Source of the DNA: Promethearchaeota archaeon
GTDB taxonomy: Archaea > Asgardarchaeota > Hermodarchaeia > Hermodarchaeales > Hermodarchaeaceae
Length of the DNA: 64,000 bases
Direction of reading: 5' to 3'
NCBI GenBank assembly: GCA_048939595.1
Contig: JBHLPI010000003.1
Coordinates: 2,366-66,365 of the forward strand
Shown one piece after another: positions 47,371 to 56,979 of this stretch. The notes under the pieces are model-generated. The model was not told the DNA's origin, did no database searches, and worked only from the letters and a program-made list of their open reading frames with translations. The translations under genes were made by a program, and so were the position numbers. Each line of letters opens with the position of its first letter. The stretch's first letter is position 1.

Positions 47371-47826
47371 TTATTTTGATTCTGATAATAGTGGCGGAGT
47401 GTTGTTGACTTCATCTAAGATCATGAGCGTGTTAATACTCGTGATATCAGAGATTTTTGAAAGTGATTTATGTAAGAGTGTGGTAAAATCAGAAACTCCG
47501 CTTGCTAATAGTCGTACAACCAAATCAACATTACCAGCAGTTTTAGTGATAGACAAAATCTGAGGAATCTTTTGAAGTTGCCTTGTAACAGTTTCAGCTT
47601 TACCATGTTCAGTGCGGATAAGAAGTAAAGATTGGATTGGCCACCCGATTTTTACCCAGTCAAGTTCAGCTCCAAGCTTTGTAATTATCCCTCGGGAAAT
47701 AAGACTGTTAATTCGATTTCGTGCGGCAGTTGCACTAAGACTAACACTACGTCCAAGCTCAGAGAATGATATTCTAGAATTAGATTGAAGAACCTGGAGA
47801 ATCTGTAAATCCACTTCGTCTAACAT
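47371..47826 (-). CDS. Lrp/AsnC-family regulator
   Basis: LDEVDLQILQVLQSNSRISFSELGRSVSLSATAARNRINSL HTH plus a RAM domain. Confidence 0.75.
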   Translation of the reverse strand: MLDEVDLQILQVLQSNSRISFSELGRSVSLSATAARNRINSLISRGIITKLGAELDWVKIGWPIQSLLLIRTEHGKAETVTRQLQKIPQILSITKTAGNVDLVVRLLASGVSDFTTLLHKSLSKISDITSINTLMILDEVNNTPPLLSESK

Positions 47827-47896
47827 GGAGAAGGGCTCCCTTGAAATAGGGCTTAGGCTTCATGACTTAAAAGCCTAGTCGCCAACAAACCAATAG

Positions 47897-49321
47897 ATGT
47901 CTATCCTCGACAAAATTCGCATTCAAAGTCTAGGTCAAATCCGACCAACCAAGTCTGATGTGAAAAAGGCATACACTGTTTTTAATAAAGTGCGTCATAC
48001 TTTACGCCAAGAAACTGAAACAAAGAAAATCGAAGTCACATTTATTGAGCTAGAGGGCTCAGCCGGACGAAAACAAACTCAGCTTAAAGGGCAGAATGAA
48101 CTTGATGTATTCGTAGGATTACCAGTAGCAAATTTATCGAAATCAACAACAAAGAAGAGTTTCCCTAAATCTGTAATCAGAAGATACTTGAAAACAATGG
48201 TAGAGACAATCGCGCTTCCCGCGATGAAACGAATACAACCATCAGAAATTCAGGTCGCATACGCAGAACATCCATACCTTATTTCGCAAATTGGAGATTA
48301 CAGGGTCGACGTTGTGTTCTGTTTCGATTTAACCCAAGAATATATCCTCAAAAATGGCCCAATCACTGCTGTCGATCGTACACCACATCATTCAAAATTC
48401 GTTCAAAAACACCTAACCACAAATCAACGCGATGAAGTACGCCTTCTAAAAGCCTTTTTTCAATCAGTGTTTGCTTATGGAGATTCAAGCCCGGTAGGAA
48501 GAAGTGGATTTACAGGTTTCAGTACAGAAATGCTAATCTTTCACATGAAATCACTTGAATTTGCTTTAGAATACTTAACACACCATATCCCGCAACCGCT
48601 TGATTATTTCAATCGAACGCCTAAAGTTATCCAACAGCAATTTCCACAGGATTTCTTTTTTATCTCAGACCCGATTGATCCTAACCGAAACATCGTATCA
48701 AGTGTTTCACATCGCGCATATCGGTATACAACACAGAGGGCAAAAGAATTTCTCAAAACTCCATCATTGAATGTCTTTGAAAGAAAGCCTGTACCAATTT
48801 TATCAAATACAGAAATGAAGCAGTTTGAACCAAATTACTTCGTAATTGAGTTTGAGGATCTGACAGGGTGGCATTACACAAAGACTCGTGATAAACTTTA
48901 CAGGCTTTTTGCTAAGCTTTCAAAATTCCTAAAAAATGAACCAACAGGAGAACCACGATTTGGAGGAGTAATCTTCGAGGAGCTTTTCCAGAAGAATGTC
49001 TTTGCGGTGGCACTCTTTATTGAGAAAATTCAGATAAGTCAGTCGTATACAAGGGCAGGACCTCCTGAGAACTACGTTGAGGGTTGTAAACAATTTCTAA
49101 AGAGACATCCCCGTGCAATTTTGAAAAACGGTCGTTATTATATAACTGTCAGTAGAGAATTCACGGACGCCGATAAGGCAATCCGCGATTTTCTCCTTAA
49201 GAATCAAATCTCTCCTAGGGTTCGGATTATCGAAATCAGTAGAAATGGATCCTTAAATCTTGGAAAACAGGCTCTATGGATTCTTATTCATGCTGTACAG
49301 CCATTTTCTAAACTTGACTAG
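47897..49321 (+). CDS. cca: archaeal class I CCA-adding tRNA nucleotidyltransferase
   Basis: LEGSAGRKQTQLKGQNELDVFV catalytic motif, size 474 aa. Confidence 0.85.
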   Translation: MSILDKIRIQSLGQIRPTKSDVKKAYTVFNKVRHTLRQETETKKIEVTFIELEGSAGRKQTQLKGQNELDVFVGLPVANLSKSTTKKSFPKSVIRRYLKTMVETIALPAMKRIQPSEIQVAYAEHPYLISQIGDYRVDVVFCFDLTQEYILKNGPITAVDRTPHHSKFVQKHLTTNQRDEVRLLKAFFQSVFAYGDSSPVGRSGFTGFSTEMLIFHMKSLEFALEYLTHHIPQPLDYFNRTPKVIQQQFPQDFFFISDPIDPNRNIVSSVSHRAYRYTTQRAKEFLKTPSLNVFERKPVPILSNTEMKQFEPNYFVIEFEDLTGWHYTKTRDKLYRLFAKLSKFLKNEPTGEPRFGGVIFEELFQKNVFAVALFIEKIQISQSYTRAGPPENYVEGCKQFLKRHPRAILKNGRYYITVSREFTDADKAIRDFLLKNQISPRVRIIEISRNGSLNLGKQALWILIHAVQPFSKLD

Positions 49322-49337
49322 ATTTGCCAATCAAAAA

Positions 49338-49730
49338 TTAAGAACTACTTCGGACTTCAAAAACGTGAATGGTCTGTTCAGTTTTCTTTTGAAGAGGAGC
49401 TTCAAAGAATGCAACCATGTCATCTCCACTTCTTTTCGAAAGCTCCTTGTTATTTAAGGCAACTAGCCTAATAGCACCATATGCATACTCAAAGAGACCC
49501 ATAACCGAAGAGATATGATTATCTGGGCTTATTAACCCGACAACAAAATATTTTGATGGAAGTTTATTAACACCATCGGGAGATTTAACCTGAAATGGCA
49601 CCGTATGAATTTGTGATATCTCCTTCAATTCATTGATGTATCTTGGGCGAATCATTAGTGCTCCAGTTTTATCGAGTACATCACAAAAATGGAGTTCTTT
49701 TGATTTAAGGATAATACGCCATTTGCCCAC
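49338..49730 (-). CDS. hypothetical protein
   Basis: 130-aa ORF that does not overlap any neighbouring gene. I recognise no motif. Confidence 0.4.
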   Translation of the reverse strand: MGKWRIILKSKELHFCDVLDKTGALMIRPRYINELKEISQIHTVPFQVKSPDGVNKLPSKYFVVGLISPDNHISSVMGLFEYAYGAIRLVALNNKELSKRSGDDMVAFFEAPLQKKTEQTIHVFEVRSSS

Positions 49731-49812
49731 TAAACGCCACCCACTTTTTTACTATAAATCAAAAACTGTAAAATAGTGTATTATTGCTCCGTTTAAACGG
49801 TTTGGCAAACCG

Positions 49813-51699
49813 GTGAATTCGATGGATATGGCTGAGATTCTTACAAAAGGCAGTCCCGGAAAACGCTATCTATTATTGGGAAATGAAGCCATTGCACGTG
49901 GTGCAATAGAGGCCGGATTGGAACTTGCAGCAACCTATCCGGGCACTCCTTCATCTGAGATTGGCGATAGTCTTTTTCGTGGAGTCAAAGAAGGCAATTA
50001 TTTCTTTGAATACTGCACCAATGAAAAGGTTGCCATGGAGGTAGCCGGAGCTGCTGCCGTAGCTAACGCACGCGCTCTGGTTATTATGAAACACGTCGGC
50101 CTTAATGTCGCATCTGACGCCTTCATGACTTTGAATTATATCGGCGTTCGAGCAGGACTTGTTATTGTGTCTGCAGATGATCCTGGGTGTTGGAGCTCTC
50201 AAAATGAACAGGATAATCGATTGTACGCTATGTTGGGCGATACAACAATGCTTGAACCCTCAGACCCTCAAGAAGCAAAAGATATGACCATTGCTGCATT
50301 CGAGTTATCAGAAAAGCTTGAACAACCTGTGTTACTCCGAGTAACAACTCGTGTAAGCCATACACGGTCAGGTGTTGAATTAGGAAAAATTCGTCCACCA
50401 CGAAAGAAAGCTAACTTTGAACGTGATCCCCTTCGGTTTGTGACGGTACCAACGGTAGCCAGATTACGTCACCCGATTTTGGTTGAAAAGGTAAAACAGG
50501 CTACTGATATTTCGGAAAAAAGTGAGTGGAACCGTGTAATCGGAGCAGGAAAACTTGGGATCCTTACATCAGGTGTGAGTTTTAACTATGTTATGGAGGC
50601 TCTTGAAACACTCCAACTGAAAGCAGCAGTTTTCAAGTTGGGAATGACTTACCCTCTTCCAAAGAAGAAGATTCAGAAGTTCATCGCCTCTAAAGAGAAG
50701 GTTATTGTTATCGAGGAATTGAAGCCGTACCTTGAGAATCATGTGCGCGCCTTTGCCCAAGAAAATGGGATAGCAACGCTGATAATTGGTAAAAGTCAGG
50801 GATACTTCTCTGAGATAGGCGAGTTTTCTCCAAGAACTGTAATTGAAGGTATCGCGAAAGCTTTGAACAAGGAAATCCCACCTGGCTTTGAAGAAGTTGA
50901 TAATAAACTATCTGAATCAAATATTCAAGTACCCCCACGACCGCCAATTCTATGTGCAGGTTGCCCTCATCGAGCAACCTTTTACGAGGTGGCAATGGCT
51001 ACTGGACGTAAAGGCGTTTATCCAACCGATATTGGATGTTATACATTAGTAATACAACCTCCCCTAGAAATGGCAGATTTACTGCTATGTATGGGTTCGA
51101 GTATCGGAACGTCGTGTGGACTGACAGCAGTCTTAGACAAACCCATTGTGGGAGCAATTGGTGACTCGACGTTTTTCCATTCGGGGATTCCTGGGCTAGT
51201 AAATGCTGTGTACAACCAACATCCGGTAAAAATCATAGTTGTTGACAACCATACCACGGCAATGACAGGGCATCAGCCCCATCCAGGAACCGGATTAACT
51301 GGAATGGGTGTTCAGGGAACCCAAATTGACATCGAAGATGTAGTAAAAGGCGTGGGAGTCGAATATGTTAAGGTAATTGATCCTCTCCAAGTGAAGGAAG
51401 CCATTCGCGCAATCCGAGAAGCAGTAGCCTACGATGGCCCTGCAGTAATTATCTCGCGAAGCCCTTGTGCTCTAATTGAAAGGGCTAGGAAGCGCCGTGA
51501 AGATGAACCTATTATCCCTTATGAAGTAGATCCTGAAATATGTCAGGGCTGCCGTGTTTGCACTGATAAACTAGGCTGTGCTGCAGCTATTTGGACAGGC
51601 GAACATGCGGCAATAGATGCTGATCTTTGCTCAGGTTGTGGTGTCTGTGCAAAAATCTGTCCTTACAAGGCAATACATGAGGTAGAGGTTAATGAATGA
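49813..51699 (+). CDS. iorA: indolepyruvate:ferredoxin oxidoreductase alpha subunit
   Basis: TPP-binding GDSTFFHSG, C-terminal 2x[4Fe-4S] motifs CQGCRVC...C and CSGCGVCAKIC. Confidence 0.9.
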   Translation: MNSMDMAEILTKGSPGKRYLLLGNEAIARGAIEAGLELAATYPGTPSSEIGDSLFRGVKEGNYFFEYCTNEKVAMEVAGAAAVANARALVIMKHVGLNVASDAFMTLNYIGVRAGLVIVSADDPGCWSSQNEQDNRLYAMLGDTTMLEPSDPQEAKDMTIAAFELSEKLEQPVLLRVTTRVSHTRSGVELGKIRPPRKKANFERDPLRFVTVPTVARLRHPILVEKVKQATDISEKSEWNRVIGAGKLGILTSGVSFNYVMEALETLQLKAAVFKLGMTYPLPKKKIQKFIASKEKVIVIEELKPYLENHVRAFAQENGIATLIIGKSQGYFSEIGEFSPRTVIEGIAKALNKEIPPGFEEVDNKLSESNIQVPPRPPILCAGCPHRATFYEVAMATGRKGVYPTDIGCYTLVIQPPLEMADLLLCMGSSIGTSCGLTAVLDKPIVGAIGDSTFFHSGIPGLVNAVYNQHPVKIIVVDNHTTAMTGHQPHPGTGLTGMGVQGTQIDIEDVVKGVGVEYVKVIDPLQVKEAIRAIREAVAYDGPAVIISRSPCALIERARKRREDEPIIPYEVDPEICQGCRVCTDKLGCAAAIWTGEHAAIDADLCSGCGVCAKICPYKAIHEVEVNE

Positions 51700-52300
51700 G
51701 TTCAACATTATGTTTACAGGTGTTGGTGGGACTGGCGTTCTTACTGCAGCCCGAATTATAGCTTCAGCAGCCCTCAGTGAAGGCGAAAACGTTCGAATGG
51801 GAGAAATTCATGGTATGGCACAACGAGGAGGCGCAGTAAATTGCACAGTCAGAATTGGAAATAACGTTCACGGCCCTATAATTCCGACAGGAAAAGCGGA
51901 TTTACTTCTAAGTGTTGAACCCGTTGAAGCGCTCCGTAATGTTGATCGAATAATGCCTTCGGGAACAATTATCGTTGGTGAGTATCGAATAACTCCAACA
52001 GGAGTACTTCTAGGTCGAACAGAATATCCAGACGACGAGAAAATTCTACAGGATTTAGCAAAATTTGCTAAGGTGATTACATTTGATGCTGCGAAACTGG
52101 CGCAAGAATCTGGGGGAATTCTGACGATGAATACTGTACTTATCGGTGCCGTCTTGGGATTAAATCTGCTCCCCATCAAGGAAAAAAGCCTAATTTCAGC
52201 AATTGAGGAGATTTTACCAATTCGTTATCATGAAATGAACATTACTGCTCTCAAGAAAGGAAAAGATGCATCAAAAAGGACAATTACTCTAGCGGTTTAG
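51692..52300 (+). CDS. iorB: indolepyruvate:ferredoxin oxidoreductase beta subunit
   Basis: GVGGTGVLTAARI... GEIHGMAQRGGAV motif; overlaps iorA by 8 nt. Confidence 0.9.
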   Translation: MNEFNIMFTGVGGTGVLTAARIIASAALSEGENVRMGEIHGMAQRGGAVNCTVRIGNNVHGPIIPTGKADLLLSVEPVEALRNVDRIMPSGTIIVGEYRITPTGVLLGRTEYPDDEKILQDLAKFAKVITFDAAKLAQESGGILTMNTVLIGAVLGLNLLPIKEKSLISAIEEILPIRYHEMNITALKKGKDASKRTITLAV

Positions 52301-53212
52301 AGTAATTGATGCATAACCAACTATGGCCTCTGAGCTTCCTCGGATATCATAACTTGTTGCATACTTCAAGCAGGTCCCATTAGTAGCACCCAGTTGTTTT
52401 GCCGCAGTGATTGTTGTAGTAACAGCACTAGCCCCACACATGGTTCGCTCTTCTTTTACAACAGTATCGATGAGAGCTTTCCCATCTAATTGTTCAATTT
52501 TCTGAATTAAGTCACCATCAGTCTTATAGACCCATTCAATTATCTTCTCAACTGGTCCACTGCCAACAGGATCGTAACCATAGAAGTATCGACCATAATG
52601 CGTGAAATCCGTACTAGCAATAATGAAAACGTCTCGCTTCACCTTCTGAACCGCACTCGCGATTGTGTTTCCAACTTTTTCACAAATTGCAAACTTCGGT
52701 GAAGAGATTAGAAGTGGTAAAATTTTGAAGTTGTGATTTTTCCCAAGAAATTGAATAAATGGGAGTTGAACTTCGATTGAATGCTCATCTAGATGAGCTT
52801 CAGAACTTTCTAGAATACAATTTGTACCTGAGTCCTGACTTTGTTTCATGATTCCCTTTGCTAATGACGAATCGATTTGACATTTTCCGAGGGGTGTCTC
52901 CCATTCTCCTTCAGCCATTAAGGCTGCTCCAGAAAAACGCAAAGTTCGGTGTTTTACTCCGATTAATATAAACGTCTCAGGAAACCCGTCCTCAGCAATG
53001 GCTTTGTAAAGATGAGATGCAATTGGACCTGAATATATGAAACCAGCATGAGGAGCAACCCCCGCAATGATTTTCTTACTACGTTTGGAACTAATTTTAG
53101 GAATCTCGCCTGCACCGTGAGAATCGGAAAATGAAGCGCGAATTGAGGCTTCAAGAGATTTCTTCTCTGGCGGATAATATCCGATGGCTATTGGTTTCCG
53201 TAGTAGACCCAT
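52289..53212 (-). CDS. MEMO1-family protein (AmmeMemoRadiSam system protein B-like)
   Basis: GVAPHAGFIYSGP..., EHSIEVQLPF, ASTDFTHYG motifs. I chose the ATG at 53212. Confidence 0.85.
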   Translation of the reverse strand: MGLLRKPIAIGYYPPEKKSLEASIRASFSDSHGAGEIPKISSKRSKKIIAGVAPHAGFIYSGPIASHLYKAIAEDGFPETFILIGVKHRTLRFSGAALMAEGEWETPLGKCQIDSSLAKGIMKQSQDSGTNCILESSEAHLDEHSIEVQLPFIQFLGKNHNFKILPLLISSPKFAICEKVGNTIASAVQKVKRDVFIIASTDFTHYGRYFYGYDPVGSGPVEKIIEWVYKTDGDLIQKIEQLDGKALIDTVVKEERTMCGASAVTTTITAAKQLGATNGTCLKYATSYDIRGSSEAIVGYASITLNR

Positions 53213-53236
53213 GGTTTCACCTGTAGAATAATTCAC

Positions 53237-54055
53237 TTGGTAACCAAAAAGGTTTTTTCGAAGGGTATGGGGTGTCGGTGTGTGGTTAAAATGGGTGAAC
53301 GCCTGGATGAAGGAACCATACGAGCTCTCCGAAGCTTGGGACTAAGCAGCTACGAAGCGCGCGTATATGTTTCATTAGTTAGGAATGGCGCATTAACTGC
53401 CAGTGAGGTTAGTACCCAGTCACGAATTCCCTTTAGTCGCGTTTATGACGTATTAGCAGCACTTGAACAAGGCGGATGGATTACTGTTGAGCAAGGTCGT
53501 CCGAAGCATTACATCCCGAAAAGCCCACGTGAAACAGCTAAAGCGGCTGTTCTTTCTGTGCAAGATCAGCTTGCAGAATGGGAGCAACGAGTAATCGAGA
53601 ATCTCCAACCATTATTTGATTCAAAAACGAAAATTTCAGCTCCTGAAGTGCACATCCTGCATGGTTCGAATAATGTCCGGGCAAAGCTGAATGTAGCTCT
53701 CGGCCAAGCAGAGCGCAGTGTTCTACTTTCTTGGGGTATCATTAGCGAAGAAGATATCGAATTTATTTCTCCAACACTGTTCCATCTCCGTGATCGAGGC
53801 GTTAAGATTCAGATTCTCGTATCTGAACAAACTCTTACAGACAAAGTTCAGAGAGTTATTGCCGCTGTTGGTGAAGGTCGGAAACGTAAAGAAATCTATG
53901 GTGGAGGTGCGATTATCGATGAAAAACAAGCAATAATCATGCTAACGACCCAGCCAGCAGAATCATTAGCTATCTGGACAAGCCACACTGAGCTTGGAGA
54001 GCTAGCTAAAATTTATTTTCTTTATCTTTATCAGTCTGCTGAACCACTGACTTGA
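53237..54055 (+). CDS. TrmB-family transcriptional regulator
   Basis: LRSLGLSSYEARVYVSLVRNGALTASEVSTQSRIPFSRVYDVLAALEQGGWI. The start is uncertain; an internal ATG at 53291 is possible. Confidence 0.8.
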   Translation: MVTKKVFSKGMGCRCVVKMGERLDEGTIRALRSLGLSSYEARVYVSLVRNGALTASEVSTQSRIPFSRVYDVLAALEQGGWITVEQGRPKHYIPKSPRETAKAAVLSVQDQLAEWEQRVIENLQPLFDSKTKISAPEVHILHGSNNVRAKLNVALGQAERSVLLSWGIISEEDIEFISPTLFHLRDRGVKIQILVSEQTLTDKVQRVIAAVGEGRKRKEIYGGGAIIDEKQAIIMLTTQPAESLAIWTSHTELGELAKIYFLYLYQSAEPLT

Positions 54056-54059
54056 AATC

Positions 54060-54404
54060 TTATTGTGTTTCCTTCGATTCACTTCGAAGTTTTTCGAGAA
54101 GAACAATTGCCACGCCCAAAGGTACTCTGAGTTGGATGGATAGTTCCTCAGCAGTTATTGTTGGATGCTTTGGAAGAATACTAGTTCGAGTATAATCGAG
54201 AAGATGAGGATAAAGCACCATTGATTTCACTGTTTCTTCTAGAATAACTGGCCAATTTCGGGCACCGGAAGGATCCCGCTCTAATGCCTCAAGGGTGTCC
54301 TTCTTTTCAGTATCAGTCGTTTTTTTCTTGGTCGGTTTCTTTTCCTTAAAATACTGATCTAAACCAAAGCTCATCGGGATTTCCCTATTGTTGAATGTTA
54401 ACAC
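54060..54404 (-). CDS. hypothetical protein with C-terminal winged-helix-like segment
   Basis: Basic/Thr-rich linker, then ITAEELSIQLRVPLGVAIVLLEKL. No family recognised. Confidence 0.4.
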   Translation of the reverse strand: MLTFNNREIPMSFGLDQYFKEKKPTKKKTTDTEKKDTLEALERDPSGARNWPVILEETVKSMVLYPHLLDYTRTSILPKHPTITAEELSIQLRVPLGVAIVLLEKLRSESKETQ

Positions 54405-54422
54405 GAAAGGCTAATTAGGCTT

Positions 54423-55178
54423 GTGGCAATGGTGGTCTTGATGTTCAGGGAAGGATTTTACATTATTCGCTGTCCAAGGTGTGGACGTTTTACCTATGCT
54501 CCAACTCGCCAAAAGACACGATTATGTGTGTATTGTCAAAGAGTTTTTAAAATCAATCCTTTAAATGCAGTCTTTGTTGAGGATGCACAGACAGCTCAAA
54601 CCCGAGTTAAACTGTATCAAACAGGAAAACATCACAAAGAGTTCATGGACGCCGTCGAAAAATCTCGGGAGAAAATCGAGTCACTACTCCCAAATGAGAA
54701 TGTGGATTTGGAGCAGCTTCAGGATCCTAAACAAAAAATCCAACCGATTTCTGCACGACGACGGGAGTTAGAACGAATTCTGTATCAGCATGCACGCACA
54801 AACACTCTTGATTTACAGATTTTAGAAAAAGAATGTGCAAAGGCAGGAATTCCTTGGAATTGGGCTGCACAACAGATTGAAACTCTCATTCGAACTGGTC
54901 ACCTCATTTCGCCCAAACCTTGGCAGATTCAATTAGTTACTGATGACCTGCAACCAAATGATAGTACAGGAAAAGCGATTTCACCGACCAATCTAGCAAG
55001 AGCGATTAGTGATGTTTTGCGTAAAACACAAACTGCACTGAGTCAGGAAGAGATTATTTCTAAACTTGAAAAGAGAGGAATCGCCAGCGTGGGAATTGAT
55101 GAAGCGTTGAATCGCTTGCGAAACCAAGGGTATATCCTCAAAACTTCAGAGGGTGCCTTTCGATGGACTGACAGCTAG
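54423..55178 (+). CDS. DUF1922-like zinc-ribbon protein fused to two winged-helix-like domains
   Basis: FYIIRCPRCGRFTYAPTRQKTRLCVYCQRVF matches the remembered DUF1922 pattern. C-terminal segments IETLIRTGHLI and ALNRLRNQGYILKTSEGAFRW look like winged-helix wings. Confidence 0.5.
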   Translation: MAMVVLMFREGFYIIRCPRCGRFTYAPTRQKTRLCVYCQRVFKINPLNAVFVEDAQTAQTRVKLYQTGKHHKEFMDAVEKSREKIESLLPNENVDLEQLQDPKQKIQPISARRRELERILYQHARTNTLDLQILEKECAKAGIPWNWAAQQIETLIRTGHLISPKPWQIQLVTDDLQPNDSTGKAISPTNLARAISDVLRKTQTALSQEEIISKLEKRGIASVGIDEALNRLRNQGYILKTSEGAFRWTDS

Positions 55179-55236
55179 TATGAGAGCTGATTGATAAGTT
55201 TTAAACAATCAATATTCTTTATAGGAAACGAGGATA

Positions 55237-55614
55237 TTGCCTGCAGTCTATTATCTTGCTCGTCAACTTCATCGCCAGAAGCCTGGTGAACTGATAGATT
55301 ATATTCTCATTCTGTGGCTCTACTCAAACCCTCATGAAACTCGCCGACGTTCTCTAGCATCGCTAAGACATGTTCTAAAACATATTCCCGAGTTTCAACG
55401 TCCCGATGGAAAACCCAACGTAAATGATGAAGAATTAAACCAAATTATCTTTGCAGCTCTTCAACGGCTAAAGGAAATGGGAGTCGTTACGGTCTTTTCA
55501 AAGACTGAATCAGTAACACAAGTTTCATTGACTGAAAAGGGAATCGAGTTTGTAAAATCTCAATTATCCGTGGAGCAGATGCAGTATCTTGAAGAAGCAG
55601 GTCATATGACATAA
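55237..55614 (+). CDS. hypothetical winged-helix-like protein
   Basis: ALQRLKEMGVVTVFSKTESVTQVSLTEKG resembles a winged-helix recognition helix plus wing. TTG start. Confidence 0.35.
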   Translation: MPAVYYLARQLHRQKPGELIDYILILWLYSNPHETRRRSLASLRHVLKHIPEFQRPDGKPNVNDEELNQIIFAALQRLKEMGVVTVFSKTESVTQVSLTEKGIEFVKSQLSVEQMQYLEEAGHMT

Positions 55615-55665
55615 AAGGGGAAAACGGAACATACCACAGGACCCGCCTAAAGTATTTTTAGGACT

Positions 55666-56376
55666 ATGTTACATACATGGATTAGACATTTCCTACGGAG
55701 ACTTACCATCTTGGCGTCAAGGGCTAGAGTGAATGAAACTGTACGGACAGATTTGGAGGCTCCAGCAATCCATCTGAAGCAAGCGTATCGTCTATATGCG
55801 GCTAAACGAGTCCGTCAGGATCTGATTCTTCCATCCCTCCGCATTCTTGCTAGTCACCTGGGAACACAAGCTATTGGACGTGAACCAGAAGCCCTTTTTG
55901 CAGCTGCGACCTACATCGCCTTCCGCCATCCTAATACGTACCCTAATAATGTTCCACGCAGCTATTTTTCAGCCAAAACCTCGAAGACAACAAAGCGCAA
56001 ACCAGCGGAACCAATTTTCCATGAGTCTTTTTCCGCTAAAGATTCGAGCATCGATTGGTACACAAAATTAATAGTCGAAAAGTTAGGTATCATTGTCCTC
56101 TACGATGAACAAGGACTCCCCTATTTTCTTGAACGCAGTGGACCAATTTATAAGCTAATTGACGGCCTTGCTGAAGAAGCTGCAATTGATGCAGTCTTAA
56201 CCTCACAAATAAACAGTCGCCCAGAGCTTCTCGAACCGGTGATGAGTGCCCTATTAAATCGAATTTTCAAAGTTCTTCGGATTCTTCCGAGTGTGTTCTA
56301 TAACTCGCTGTATGAGCAGTTAGCACCTCATGTAGAATCTTTAATTGAAATTACGAAGTTGGCCCTACGAATTTAA
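55666..56376 (+). CDS. hypothetical protein with a TFIIB-like cyclin-fold segment
   Basis: LRILASHLGTQAIGREPEALFAAATYIAFR parallels the TFB repeat motif (..[17 protein letters not shown]) in the tfb gene of this same window. No zinc ribbon. Confidence 0.4.
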   Translation: MLHTWIRHFLRRLTILASRARVNETVRTDLEAPAIHLKQAYRLYAAKRVRQDLILPSLRILASHLGTQAIGREPEALFAAATYIAFRHPNTYPNNVPRSYFSAKTSKTTKRKPAEPIFHESFSAKDSSIDWYTKLIVEKLGIIVLYDEQGLPYFLERSGPIYKLIDGLAEEAAIDAVLTSQINSRPELLEPVMSALLNRIFKVLRILPSVFYNSLYEQLAPHVESLIEITKLALRI

Positions 56377-56669
56377 CCATTTTCCATATGGGTTTTGACT
56401 TCTTCGACAACTGTGCGTCCAGCGACTACTTGATCGATGGAATGAACGGAAGCACCACAGGCTTCAAGAGCGGCTTTTACCTCCTCAAATCCGAGGTTGT
56501 CACCTTCAACTGTAACCTTAATTGACTCGGTATGCGAGTCGACTTCAACAAGAGCGACGTTGACACCAACGACGCCATCAATCTTACCTACCAATGTGGC
56601 TATATCAACAAGGTTCGGAACATGTGGCTTGAGAACATCGAGAACGAGTCTTTTGATACCCGAAGGCAT
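56373..56669 (-). CDS. DUF211-family protein
   Basis: IKRLVLDVLKPH.P....IA......GV.GVNV.LVE.D..TE.IK.T.EG pattern of archaeal DUF211. Confidence 0.75.
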   Translation of the reverse strand: MPSGIKRLVLDVLKPHVPNLVDIATLVGKIDGVVGVNVALVEVDSHTESIKVTVEGDNLGFEEVKAALEACGASVHSIDQVVAGRTVVEEVKTHMENG

Positions 56670-56771
56670 CTTATGAATACACTCCCAGCAATTGATGAAT
56701 AAATTGCTTAGAATAGCTAAGTTTCTGTGAGTTCTTGAATTTTTCTATTCAACAGTAGTTACTATTACTAT

Positions 56772-56954
56772 ATGAATAGTAAACAACCAATACCACATGG
56801 TGTTTCTAAGATAATTCTAAATCTTTTGAAAAAGAGGAAATCATGTGGAAAAATCGCTGAAACGATTTTTGATGAATATGGTCTTTCTTATGCAAAATGG
56901 AATATCTACTATCGTATAAGAAGAAATGTTGGAAAGATTAGAGCATTCACCTAA
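56772..56954 (+). CDS. possible small HTH-like protein
   Basis: 60-aa ORF in an otherwise empty gap; weak support only. Confidence 0.2.
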   Translation: MNSKQPIPHGVSKIILNLLKKRKSCGKIAETIFDEYGLSYAKWNIYYRIRRNVGKIRAFT

Positions 56955-56979
56955 TTCTTTCCATTTTATTTGAAACGGT

